Virus record (IMG/VR): IMGVR_UViG_3300031669_000002
Location: 96,001 to 160,000 of that record
Source of the DNA: a virus
Direction: 5' to 3' (one strand)
Length of the DNA: 64,000 nt
Position numbers and translations under genes: made by a program. This document shows, piece by piece, positions 1 to 10,652 of this stretch. Below the pieces are notes generated by a model. The model saw nothing but the letters and a program-made list of their open reading frames with translations, ran no database searches and had not been told where the DNA came from. Numbering within the stretch: position 1 is the first letter of the stretch; each line of letters starts with the position of its first letter.

Positions 1-3000
1 ATAAGCGACTATGTTGCTGGATACGGAGCATCCAGCCCAACCATGATACACAGTTATCTCGATACTCTTAGTGTTAAGTTAGGATATAGAGCTGCCGGTT
101 TTACCGACCAGTCATTTATTTCTATCTTTGCAGATCAAGCAAGTCCTAATAGCACAAATAAATCAATTGTTATTCCAAACGAGAACTACCAAGTCTACGT
201 CCATAAATCAGCTCCTATATCAAGTATAGTATATAGTGCTGTAATAATTGAAAAAACTCCTAGAGGATTTTCTGTAAGCGGCTATAGTACAGAGCAGCCA
301 TACTTTACTATAATTCCAAGTAACCCAAACAACAATTTTTACACAATCTCGGCTGCAGGGCTAACGGGTGTAATATATAATGACTATCAACCGTTAACCA
401 TTACAGTGCCGTATGGTCACGAGTTTGTAAATAAGCAGCAAGTAGTTGACTTCTTAACAAGCTACGGCAGATATCTAATTTCTCTTGGGTTTACTTTTAC
501 CGAAGTAGATCCTGATTTACAGATCGCAAAAGATTGGATTTTAGCCGCAAAAGAGTTCCTAACATGGACACAGCAAGGTTGGGCAGTAGGCAATATCATC
601 GTAGTTAGTCCAATATCTAATTCTATATCACTTACTGTTAATAATGGTGTAGTAGATGAAATTACAAATTTTCCAAATGGATCTAAAGTAATGGATGTTG
701 GCTTTAATGTTATTAAGTCTAATCTGTTTACTGTTATAAGAGACACAAGCGAGTTTAACCTAACAACTGCTGCACCAAACATTACAATTGGATTGCTTGA
801 TGTTGATGTAGTTCAATATGAAAATGCATTAATTTTTGATAACACCACAGTCTTCAATGATGTCATCTACGCTCCGGAATTAGGAAACAGGCAGTACCGA
901 TTAAAATTAATTGGTGATGTAACAAGTTCTTGGACTGGAGAATTTAATCCTCCAGGACTTATTTACAGTAATCCATCTGTACAGGCATGGCAGCAAGGGA
1001 AAGATTACCGCCAAGGAGATATTGTAGGGTATAACAACTTTCTTTATTCTGCATTGCAGGACATCGATGCAACCAACACATTTAACTACTCTTACTGGGC
1101 ACAGTTAGATCAAGCAGCATTCAAAACAGGAATGTTGCCTAACTTATCATACAATGCATCTAAGTTTTTAGATATGTATGATGTTGATAACCAAGTTGCA
1201 GATCAAAACATAAACGAATATGCAATGGGATTAATCGGATATCGAGATAGAGATTATTTAACACAGCTCAGAGTAGATACTACTTCTCAAGTTAAATTTT
1301 ATCAAGGTTTTATTCGTGATAAAGGAACAAAGAATGCAGTTAATGCATTAGCAAGTGCTACCTTTGAGAACCTGAACGGCACACTAAACTTTTATGAAGA
1401 GTGGGCATTTAGGGTAGGTAACTATGGGTCAACATTGAGCAATCAATTCTTAGAGGTTCAACTATACGATAATCTTTATAAATATGATCCGATGTCTTTT
1501 GCTTTGTTGAATAATAATGAAACAACAACTGATACGGGTGTAGTTGGTGTGTATGAAAGCGACTTATATAAAAAACCACTTACTTTTACACCCGCAATAA
1601 TTGAGAATAGATCACCAGAGTCAATCTATTCCAGCGACATAGCATCAGCAGGATATGTTAACCTAAACGACGTTGATGCAACAGTGTTTGATATAACAGA
1701 TGCTGCTTCATTGAATGCATTAGTGCCGTCGATTAGTACAGGTTTCAAATTATGGGTAGCAAAAGATAACACTAGTAACTGGAATGTTTATAGATTAGCA
1801 GAAGCATTGGCTAAAGTTATTGATGTATTATACCAATTGAATAACTTTGCTTTGTTTACAACAAGCACGACTCATGGGTTAGTTGCAGGTGATATATTCG
1901 TAGTTAAGGGATTCTCAAGTCTTGTTGATGGATTTTACACGGTAATACGATCAGTTGATGACCAAACAAATAATATCTATACCTTATTTGTTGCAATAAC
2001 AGATAGTTTAAATGCAGCACTTATCGTTACCCCAGAGATTACGGGCGACGGAAACATGTTTAATCTAAGTAGCATGAGAGTTAAATATCAGACTAATATA
2101 TTAGATATAACTCCGGGACTAGGTTGGATAAACAACGATAAGGTATGGATCGACACCAATGATGCAAACTCAAACTGGGCAGTATATCAGAAAACAGACC
2201 CATGGAACTTCGTTGATGCATTAGCACTATACTCCACGCAGATCACAGCAAATGCATTAGTGGGATCTTCAATTGCATCAACGTCTGATGGTCTACTTGT
2301 TGCCATTGGCGCACCAAGTAGTAATTTATTACCAAATGATGGTTCAATAAAAATCTTTACAAGAACACTTGCGGGCAATTATATTCCCGGCAATTCTATA
2401 AATCCTTCTCTATCGCCTAACAGACCATTTATTTCGAATATTACTTTATATAACATACCGTATCTTGGTTCGCCAATACCAGGTACCGCACCATTTAAGT
2501 TAAGTCTGAGTAATCTAGGATTCACTCCAAATCCATTAAACATAGTAACTGTGGTGTGGGATGATATTTGGGTTCCTGGGCTTGTGCCAGATAGCTTATC
2601 TAACCCTGCAGGAATAGGCGTACCATTAATTTCAGGAATACAAAACGACTATGTTATCACATATAACGATCCTGACCCACTATTTTTAGGTCAGACTACA
2701 ATAACTTTTAGAAATAATCCTACATTGCACGGGGCAGCGAGTTCGCTTCGATTTAGACTTGCTGAGGTAGAACCAGAAAAATTTGGTGAATCTCTTGATA
2801 TAAAACAAAATACAATTGCAGTAGGTTCTCCGGGATATAGAGGTGCTGGTCCAAATGAAGGAAGAGTTGCAATCTATAACATCGATTCAACCGGTACTAT
2901 CTCAATGACTCAAAGTATAGATCCAGAATTGTTGAATGCTACCTATAACACTCTTGCTACATATCAATATATTGCAACAGACGATCTTTTTGGTAGTTCT

Positions 3001-6000
3001 GTGTCACTAAGTGATGATGCACAGTGGTTATTTGTTGGGTCTCCACACTCACAGTGGAACGGGATTATTGGGTCTGTTTATGCATTTGCTCTTAAAGATA
3101 TCACGTCATCAACACAGACTATTACAACAAGCGGAAATATTACTACTTACCCACTAACGATATCTAATATTAGCAATCAATTAGGCATAACTGTATTGAA
3201 TCAGTTTTACAGTTTAATACCAAACGTCGATTATGTCATTGATATAAACGCAAGCACTATTACGTTTACAAAGAATCCCGCAGGAAAAATTTATCAAGTA
3301 AATCAGGGCCCATATTACGATTTTAATTCGGTTATTGCGCCAAATGATGGTGATTTAGGGGATCAATTTGGATCAGTAGTTAAGTCTCAAGCAGATGGTC
3401 GATATGTAGTAGTTGGAGCTAAGAACAAAACAATAAATGCTCAAGCATCTGTTGGTCAAAGTTATCTATTTACGCGAAGCGTACAAGATATAATTGGTGA
3501 TGGCATAACTTCTTCATTTAACCTGTATCAAGTACCAAACACTCAATCAAATGCTTATGCCTCAACATACTCATTGAGCGGGCAAGAATACACCCAAGTG
3601 TTAGATACAAATACTAGCGTATCTACATACAACCTGACATTTACTGCAAACACAGATGCGATTATTACAGTAACTCCAAATGTTCCGCCAGCATTAAGCT
3701 ATACAATTGATTATAGTACAAACCAGATTATATTTAATACAAATCCGGGTAACATTCAATGCAATATTACTCAGACTATAACATCTACCTATAATTTTGT
3801 ACCTAATGTTACGCCAAATGTTTATTTAAGTGGTAGCACAATAAGTTTTGGCGCAGCTCCAGGAAAGAATTTAGTGCTGCATGTAGAGCTAAACAATTTT
3901 AGTCAAATTCAAACATTTAATTCTAATAATGCACTTCTACTAGATAGCGGAGCAAACTTTGGTAATGCTGTTACCCTATCTTCTACGCTTGATGAAGTTT
4001 TTGTAGGGGCAACCGGAAGCACTTCACAAGATGGTAGAGTCTTTAGATTTACTAATCCAAGTATCACATACAATACAATATTACTTGATTTGGTTCCTAC
4101 TGCATCAAATATTATTATTAATAACAAGTTTATTGACTTAACTAGCGCCAATGCGAATGTTTATGCAATTTTGTCGACTATTACTAGTGCTAACATTGTT
4201 GGATTATCAAGTTCGATTGAAGGAAATGCAATTAGATTGACCTATAACTCTACAAAAGCCAACGATAGTCTTACCGTATTAGAAACTAACACAGCAGGCG
4301 AAATAGTTTCATTGGGCTCGCCGCTGATCAATACTCAAACTCTTGTTCATCCTGTAATAAGTCAGTATATTTTTAGCAATAGTCAGTTTGGTAGCACACT
4401 TGCATATGATAATGTTTCTGGTACACTAGTTGCGGCTGCATCAAACTCGCCTACAATTGAGAATTTCCAGCTTGACGGGTTTAGCACAACATTTGACGGC
4501 AACTCAACAAGAATATTTGATAAGTTAGACAACACTGGTGCAGTATATGCATTTGAAGAATTATATAATCCACTTAATTCGATTGATGTTCCGTCAAAGT
4601 TTATCTTTACTCAATCGTTCGCGCCAGCAAGCTTAGTAGCAAACATTAATTTTGGCTCGGCGATTGCAATGAACTACAACTCAATATTCATCGGTGCGAA
4701 TAATGCAGATGTTACGCCAGTAGATGCACTTGGTGTGACGGGTAATATAGTACCAAGAGCTGGAAATGTATTTTATTACAGTAATCCAACAGTTACATCA
4801 GCGTGGGGACAAATTCGTCAAGAAGCACCTAAGGTGGATCTTGCTAGTGTCTCAAGAATATTCCTATACGATAGAACATCGCAGGCTATATTATCATCGT
4901 TAGATTATATTGATCCAGCAAAAGGTAAAATTTTGGGTGCTGCTGAACAAGATATTACATTCAAATCAGCGTTTGATCCTGCAAAGTATAATGTAGGCAC
5001 AAATGCTAACACGTCAGTCAGACAAAATTATCATTGGGGGAAAACCCAGGTAGGACAGATATGGTGGGATCTATCTAAGGTACAGTATATAGACTACGAG
5101 CAAGACACACTAAGTTATCGAATTAAGAATTGGGGTTCTTTATTTCCAGGATCTACTATTGAGATAAATGAGTGGGTAGAAAGTAGTGTGTTGCCATCTC
5201 AATATTCGGGAGACGGAACAGTAAAGTATCCAGATAATAGCGCGTATGTTCAATCGACCATGCTAAATTCATCAACTGGCTTTATTGTAACAACCTATTA
5301 TTATTGGGTAACAAATAGAACTACGCTTGACCCTAGTTTAACTTTTAGACGATCAACTGCACTGACTATTGCAAATATGATTAAGTCTCCGGCAACACAG
5401 GGAATACCGTACGCAGCAATCATACAAGATAATGCTCTTGCTATGTATAGCGCAAACCAGTATTTGAATGCAGATAGAACAATCATGCATATAGACTACG
5501 AGAAGTTAGCAAATGAAAATATTATTCACAATGAGTATGAGTTGATACAAGAAAACTCGCCTAATGCAATAATACCATCAGACATAGTAAGCAAACTTAT
5601 TGATAGTCTTACTGGTGCTGATGCATTTGGTAACCCTGTACCAGATGTACAACTTGGTGTAGCAGAACGCTACGGCATAACTATCAGACCAAGACAGACG
5701 ATGTTCATTGACAATCTGACTGCAACAAAAAATATGGTAGAGTTCGCAAATACAGTATTCTTAACATTGCCGGTCGTCGAAGAATTTGATCTAACTAACT
5801 TGTATCTTTCAGATCCTGTTCCAGTTACTTGGGGTAATTTATATCCTGTTGCTTGGAAGATTAATACTCAATATGTAGCAGATGAACTAGTATCGTACAA
5901 CGGAAAAACTTACCTAGTTAAATTTGACCTTAATTCGGGAACATATTTTAATGCTCCGTATTATGCCGAAACAATATTGCCTGATGTATCAGTGTCTACT

Positions 6001-9000
6001 CCGATTGAGCTTACCTACTTAGATACCTCGTTGTTGTCTATACATCAAGTTATATTAGTAGAACAAGACTCAAATTACAATAATGGTTGGTCTCTATATC
6101 AATTAGGTATCAATAGAACATTTACTGTTATTAGAACAGAGACATATCAAACTTCTAACTACTGGAGCAAAGTAGACTGGTTTGATTCTACATATGACCC
6201 AACCATTAAACCTACCCATACAGTCGGAACTATTCCTGACATTGGAAATCTAACTTTAGTAAGCGGCGACACAGTATGGGTCTTAAATAACGGCGCAGGA
6301 CTATTCATTGTTTATAAAGTAAACACAGATTTGAGTTTATCACTAGTCGGACTACAACAAGGAACAATACAGCTTAGTGATGCACTATGGAATCACGCTG
6401 CCTACGAAATCGGCTTTGATAACGATAGATTTGATACTGTTAAGTTTGACCTAAACCCAACAACAGAGTTTAGAAATATTCTTTATGCTCTATATAACAA
6501 TATCTTTACAAATAGTCTTGCGGGCGAGTTTAACAATATGTTCTTCATATTGCTTAATTATATTCTTTCTGAACAGAGAACAATTGACTGGGCAATTAAG
6601 ACAAGCTTTGTTTCTGTGTTGCACCAACTTCGTAAACTACTGCAATATCCGAACTATATTGAAGACAACCAAACTTATTATCAGAGCTATATCGACGAAG
6701 TTAAACCTTATCGAACAACAATTCGCGAATATGTCATTGACTATCAAGGCGATGACCTAGTAAGAGTTCACCCAACTGACTTTGATTTGCCACCATATTT
6801 TGACACAGAGTTTAATATGTGGCGTAGTCCCAACGGAGAACACGCTAAGGATACATTGATTTTGTCTACTTATCCGCAGTATGCTGATTGGAATGCAAAT
6901 CATACATATTCTATTGGTAACGTGGCAATAATATCTGGCGGAATAGGATATACAGATCCGCCTGAAATTATAGTAGAAGGCGGAGGTGGTACAGGTGCAA
7001 TACTTCAATCTTCAATAGATTTAAACGGAATAGTAAAGTTTATCAAGGTTGTTAAACCGGGATATGGATATACGACCACGCCGACACTACTAGTAAGAGG
7101 AAATGGAGTAGATTCGACCGGCGCACAAACATGTAGATTATATCCGCTACTGTCAAATACTTTAGTTAGGGGTATGAACACATCAATTAAATTTGATAGA
7201 GTATCATATTCATCAACTGTCAAACACTGGGCAAAAAATATTACTCTCAACGGAGGAGACATAGTATCATACAACGGCGCAGTTTATACAGTTAATGGAA
7301 ATTCCTCAATTACGACAGGTGTTGTGTTTGAGTTATCTAATTACACACCAACTTCAATAGATACGCTTAACGCAGCAGATAGAGTTAATGCATTCTACGC
7401 GCCGACAGAAGGAATGCCACCAAACATACTATCTAATCTCTTTACTGGTATTGATTATTCTGGAGTCATTGTTGACGGTACAGACTTTGTTCACTATGTT
7501 GACGCAAACGGAATTGAATACACAGTTGATGCACACGGTAATAAATTACCACTTGATTCTAATATCCAGAGTTATTTTGGAGATTCCTTACTAGGAACTA
7601 GACCTCAAGATATTAATATCGACGGCGGACACTTCATTGATACTTGGAATAGTCATGCGCCAGAAGAGCTAGTACCAGGCAGAGTATTTGATACATTAGA
7701 TATTAAGGTATTTACTGCTAACTTGGCTGCCGGACCAACATACTCCGATTCAGTTGGTTACAGAATGTCTAAAGCAATGACAGTAGAATCAAATACTACA
7801 ATAGATGCTTTATTAGCAGTACCGACAACATTTGATACGAATACAACGACACTTGATTTTATAAATCTTGAACTAGCCTGGGAATTTAAACGTATATCAG
7901 CAGCATTGACTACGACACTGGCAAAAGATTTATTCTTAGTTGAGACTGTAGATAAATTACTTGTAGGTGATTCATATACTATTACCTCAGTTGGCAATAC
8001 AGACTTTATCGCATTGGGTGCAGCAAGTAACACTGTCGGAGAAGTATTTACTGCTAACACCGGCATAGTCAACGTGGGAAATCTTGTTTCTGGAATGAGC
8101 TATAAAATTTCAAGCTTAGGCAATACTGATTTTACTTTATCTGGTGCAACAAGTGTTTCTGCTGGACACTTTAATTCTAATACTTATATTATTGAGTCGT
8201 CGGGAGACACCGACTTTATATCTCTTGGTGCAATGGACAACTTACCCGGAACAGTATTTACATACACCGGTGAGTTCTCTACACCTAAAGAATTACTAAA
8301 TGGAAACACATACATCATTAGTCAAACTGGAACAACCGACTTTGTTGCTCTGGGTGCATCAGCAAGTATAGTTGGGCTTCCGTTTATTGCAAATACATCG
8401 GCTATAGTTAATGCAGGAAATCTTACCATTGGTAAGACATATAGTATTATTTCTGCCGGTAATACAGACTTTGTTGCTCTTGGTGCAGCAAGATCTACTA
8501 CAGGAGAATTATTTACCTACGGAGATCAAAAAGTTAATGCAGGTTCTCTTGTAATAAACAAGAATTATGCAATCACTAGTGTCGGTAATACAGACTTTGT
8601 TGCTCTTGGTGCAGCAACTAACACTGTCGGAGAAGTATTTACTGCTAACATCGGCATAGTCAACGCAGGTTCGATTGGGGTTAATACTGCATATAGAATC
8701 ACAGTGCAGGGAAATACTGACTTTGTTGCTCTTGGTGCAGCAACTAACACTGTCGGAGAAACATTTGTATATCAACAAGTTCCAGTCACAGCTGGAAGTT
8801 TTGTAATCGGAAAAACATATACAATCATTAATCCGGGAAATACAGATTTTACTTTAATAGGATCATCAAGTAACTTAGTAGGTACATCTTTTGTTGCTAC
8901 AGGTACAGGAAATGTAGGAGAGACTGGCGTAACACTTGGACCAAGGATGTTAAGAGCAGGATCATTTGTGGTAGGTAAGGCGTATATTATCGTATCTCTG

Positions 9001-9846
9001 GGGAATACTGATTTCACTGCGGCTGGTGCATCTTCTAACACAGTAGGAACATCTTTTTTCGCAATAAATGCAGGTGTTGGTACAGGATCAGTTGATCCAA
9101 ATACTGGTTCAGGAATAGTAGACCCAAGTGCAGGTACAGGCATAGCTGATCCTAATTCGGGAACAGGAATAGTAGATCCATTTAACGGTTCCGGCATTGC
9201 AAGTGGACCAATGATCGCTGTCACTTCAAGTTTATTTACTGTAGGAAAGACATACAAGATAAGTTATCCAGGAACGACCGACTTTGTTGCATTAGGCGCA
9301 GCAAGTAACACTGTCGGAGAAGTATTTACTGCTTCCTCAACTGGAACAGGAACAGGAATAGTAGATCCAAATATAGGTACAGGAACTGCATATATTAGAG
9401 AATTTGTTGCTACTTCTTCAGGGTCAGGAACTGGATTAGTTGCTGTTGCAGGAAACGGAACAATATCGCCTATGCAAATTCACGTAACTAACGGCTCTAA
9501 CCTATATTATCCAAATCCACTAAGACAGTCCCCGGGTATTGTTTATATCAATAGTGAGAAGATTATTTATTGGGGATTAGATGCAACTGCGGGAATAATT
9601 ACAAACTTCCGTCGAGGAACATGGGGTACAGGATCAGAGGACTTCTATCCAGCAGGAACGGCGGTAGTTGATGCAAGCGTAAGTCAATTGATTCCAGGAA
9701 ATACACTAACAACATCGTGGCTTGATCTGGCAATTTCCCCTAATCCGCCAGCCGTAATATTAGAAGGAAACGGTTTATTAGCAAGCAGCACGCCACAGGC
9801 ACTCTTCTTGCAATCAAGTCCGGTAAATTTGCCAAGCTTACCCTAA
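1..9846 (+). CDS. Giant virion structural protein (baseplate/tail-associated), 5'-truncated by the window; FG-GAP-like propeller, CBM5/12-like modules, C-terminal repeats
   Basis: Frame 1 is open from base 1, so Met at 43 is probably internal. Seven FG-x-[SA]-[VIL]...GA motifs, three WxxxxxYxxGDxVxYxG motifs and ten GNTDFxALGA repeats. Heads a structural gene block. Confidence 0.75.
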   Translation: MSDYVAGYGASSPTMIHSYLDTLSVKLGYRAAGFTDQSFISIFADQASPNSTNKSIVIPNENYQVYVHKSAPISSIVYSAVIIEKTPRGFSVSGYSTEQPYFTIIPSNPNNNFYTISAAGLTGVIYNDYQPLTITVPYGHEFVNKQQVVDFLTSYGRYLISLGFTFTEVDPDLQIAKDWILAAKEFLTWTQQGWAVGNIIVVSPISNSISLTVNNGVVDEITNFPNGSKVMDVGFNVIKSNLFTVIRDTSEFNLTTAAPNITIGLLDVDVVQYENALIFDNTTVFNDVIYAPELGNRQYRLKLIGDVTSSWTGEFNPPGLIYSNPSVQAWQQGKDYRQGDIVGYNNFLYSALQDIDATNTFNYSYWAQLDQAAFKTGMLPNLSYNASKFLDMYDVDNQVADQNINEYAMGLIGYRDRDYLTQLRVDTTSQVKFYQGFIRDKGTKNAVNALASATFENLNGTLNFYEEWAFRVGNYGSTLSNQFLEVQLYDNLYKYDPMSFALLNNNETTTDTGVVGVYESDLYKKPLTFTPAIIENRSPESIYSSDIASAGYVNLNDVDATVFDITDAASLNALVPSISTGFKLWVAKDNTSNWNVYRLAEALAKVIDVLYQLNNFALFTTSTTHGLVAGDIFVVKGFSSLVDGFYTVIRSVDDQTNNIYTLFVAITDSLNAALIVTPEITGDGNMFNLSSMRVKYQTNILDITPGLGWINNDKVWIDTNDANSNWAVYQKTDPWNFVDALALYSTQITANALVGSSIASTSDGLLVAIGAPSSNLLPNDGSIKIFTRTLAGNYIPGNSINPSLSPNRPFISNITLYNIPYLGSPIPGTAPFKLSLSNLGFTPNPLNIVTVVWDDIWVPGLVPDSLSNPAGIGVPLISGIQNDYVITYNDPDPLFLGQTTITFRNNPTLHGAASSLRFRLAEVEPEKFGESLDIKQNTIAVGSPGYRGAGPNEGRVAIYNIDSTGTISMTQSIDPELLNATYNTLATYQYIATDDLFGSSVSLSDDAQWLFVGSPHSQWNGIIGSVYAFALKDITSSTQTITTSGNITTYPLTISNISNQLGITVLNQFYSLIPNVDYVIDINASTITFTKNPAGKIYQVNQGPYYDFNSVIAPNDGDLGDQFGSVVKSQADGRYVVVGAKNKTINAQASVGQSYLFTRSVQDIIGDGITSSFNLYQVPNTQSNAYASTYSLSGQEYTQVLDTNTSVSTYNLTFTANTDAIITVTPNVPPALSYTIDYSTNQIIFNTNPGNIQCNITQTITSTYNFVPNVTPNVYLSGSTISFGAAPGKNLVLHVELNNFSQIQTFNSNNALLLDSGANFGNAVTLSSTLDEVFVGATGSTSQDGRVFRFTNPSITYNTILLDLVPTASNIIINNKFIDLTSANANVYAILSTITSANIVGLSSSIEGNAIRLTYNSTKANDSLTVLETNTAGEIVSLGSPLINTQTLVHPVISQYIFSNSQFGSTLAYDNVSGTLVAAASNSPTIENFQLDGFSTTFDGNSTRIFDKLDNTGAVYAFEELYNPLNSIDVPSKFIFTQSFAPASLVANINFGSAIAMNYNSIFIGANNADVTPVDALGVTGNIVPRAGNVFYYSNPTVTSAWGQIRQEAPKVDLASVSRIFLYDRTSQAILSSLDYIDPAKGKILGAAEQDITFKSAFDPAKYNVGTNANTSVRQNYHWGKTQVGQIWWDLSKVQYIDYEQDTLSYRIKNWGSLFPGSTIEINEWVESSVLPSQYSGDGTVKYPDNSAYVQSTMLNSSTGFIVTTYYYWVTNRTTLDPSLTFRRSTALTIANMIKSPATQGIPYAAIIQDNALAMYSANQYLNADRTIMHIDYEKLANENIIHNEYELIQENSPNAIIPSDIVSKLIDSLTGADAFGNPVPDVQLGVAERYGITIRPRQTMFIDNLTATKNMVEFANTVFLTLPVVEEFDLTNLYLSDPVPVTWGNLYPVAWKINTQYVADELVSYNGKTYLVKFDLNSGTYFNAPYYAETILPDVSVSTPIELTYLDTSLLSIHQVILVEQDSNYNNGWSLYQLGINRTFTVIRTETYQTSNYWSKVDWFDSTYDPTIKPTHTVGTIPDIGNLTLVSGDTVWVLNNGAGLFIVYKVNTDLSLSLVGLQQGTIQLSDALWNHAAYEIGFDNDRFDTVKFDLNPTTEFRNILYALYNNIFTNSLAGEFNNMFFILLNYILSEQRTIDWAIKTSFVSVLHQLRKLLQYPNYIEDNQTYYQSYIDEVKPYRTTIREYVIDYQGDDLVRVHPTDFDLPPYFDTEFNMWRSPNGEHAKDTLILSTYPQYADWNANHTYSIGNVAIISGGIGYTDPPEIIVEGGGGTGAILQSSIDLNGIVKFIKVVKPGYGYTTTPTLLVRGNGVDSTGAQTCRLYPLLSNTLVRGMNTSIKFDRVSYSSTVKHWAKNITLNGGDIVSYNGAVYTVNGNSSITTGVVFELSNYTPTSIDTLNAADRVNAFYAPTEGMPPNILSNLFTGIDYSGVIVDGTDFVHYVDANGIEYTVDAHGNKLPLDSNIQSYFGDSLLGTRPQDINIDGGHFIDTWNSHAPEELVPGRVFDTLDIKVFTANLAAGPTYSDSVGYRMSKAMTVESNTTIDALLAVPTTFDTNTTTLDFINLELAWEFKRISAALTTTLAKDLFLVETVDKLLVGDSYTITSVGNTDFIALGAASNTVGEVFTANTGIVNVGNLVSGMSYKISSLGNTDFTLSGATSVSAGHFNSNTYIIESSGDTDFISLGAMDNLPGTVFTYTGEFSTPKELLNGNTYIISQTGTTDFVALGASASIVGLPFIANTSAIVNAGNLTIGKTYSIISAGNTDFVALGAARSTTGELFTYGDQKVNAGSLVINKNYAITSVGNTDFVALGAATNTVGEVFTANIGIVNAGSIGVNTAYRITVQGNTDFVALGAATNTVGETFVYQQVPVTAGSFVIGKTYTIINPGNTDFTLIGSSSNLVGTSFVATGTGNVGETGVTLGPRMLRAGSFVVGKAYIIVSLGNTDFTAAGASSNTVGTSFFAINAGVGTGSVDPNTGSGIVDPSAGTGIADPNSGTGIVDPFNGSGIASGPMIAVTSSLFTVGKTYKISYPGTTDFVALGAASNTVGEVFTASSTGTGTGIVDPNIGTGTAYIREFVATSSGSGTGLVAVAGNGTISPMQIHVTNGSNLYYPNPLRQSPGIVYINSEKIIYWGLDATAGIITNFRRGTWGTGSEDFYPAGTAVVDASVSQLIPGNTLTTSWLDLAISPNPPAVILEGNGLLASSTPQALFLQSSPVNLPSLP

Positions 9847-9865
9847 TTAAAGGATAAATAATACT

Positions 9866-10039
9866 ATGACCAATATATTAAAAGACACAGAAAAAGACAC
9901 AAAGAATCCTCCGCTTAGGGAAGTCATTGACCATAAATCAGAGAAAACCCCCGACGATGCAGCAGGATTGCATGTTGAGGCTAAATTTAGAATATTTGAG
10001 CCTGTATCTAATAAAACAATAGTAGAGGGAAAAGGATAA
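9866..10039 (+). CDS. Small hypothetical protein (57 aa), below the ORF-track cutoff
   Basis: ATG at 9866 after late promoter GATAAATA (9853). TAA overlaps the next ATG (TAATG). C-terminus GLHVEAKFRIFEPVSNKTIVEGK resembles the N-terminus of the next gene. Confidence 0.7.
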   Translation: MTNILKDTEKDTKNPPLREVIDHKSEKTPDDAAGLHVEAKFRIFEPVSNKTIVEGKG

Positions 10040-10641
10040 TGGCTTCAGTTAATATTAAAATAGAAGGACACGTCAAGATACATAACCCAGAATCTGGAGA
10101 AATCTTCGTTGATAAAAATAATGCTATTCATTATGAAAACATGTCTCAGGCATTGGCTTACGGAGTATCAAATTCAGGCCAAAATTATATATACGAGATG
10201 CACTTTGGAAATGGCGGTACGTCGATAGACCCAACAGGCGTTATTAGTTACTTGCCTCCGAATACCACGCAGCAGAATGCCCAACTATACAACGATACAT
10301 ATTATAAGATAGTTAACAATACAAGTCTTCTTAATACAGATCCTCTCCGTAACAAAATAACAGTTCTGCATACTAGCGGCACAACATATACAGATATTTT
10401 AGTATCGTGTCTATTAGATTACGGTGAACCAAACGACCAACAGCATTTTGACAATAGCCAAAATTTAAGTGGTGCCTATGTATTTGACGAATTAGGACTA
10501 AAAGGATACCCACTAAGTGGGGTATCCGGAACTGGTCCGTTGCTTACTCATGTTATTTTCCATCCTGTTCAGAAAGCATTAAATCGATTAATACAGGTGG
10601 ATTACACAGTTAGAATTTCTGCTCTAACTAACTTATCTTAG
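10039..10641 (+). CDS. Putative baseplate/tail-collar structural protein
   Basis: Beta-rich 200 aa with a YVFDELGL motif, in a late structural operon. Confidence 0.55.
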   Translation: MASVNIKIEGHVKIHNPESGEIFVDKNNAIHYENMSQALAYGVSNSGQNYIYEMHFGNGGTSIDPTGVISYLPPNTTQQNAQLYNDTYYKIVNNTSLLNTDPLRNKITVLHTSGTTYTDILVSCLLDYGEPNDQQHFDNSQNLSGAYVFDELGLKGYPLSGVSGTGPLLTHVIFHPVQKALNRLIQVDYTVRISALTNLS

Positions 10642-10652
10642 GCAGCTAACTT

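Noticed and set aside
7951-9465. CRISPR array or DGR template/variable repeat
   Set aside because: Repeats are in-frame coding units with synonymous-type divergence, no unique spacers, no adenine-specific mismatch pattern, and no RT or cas gene in the window.
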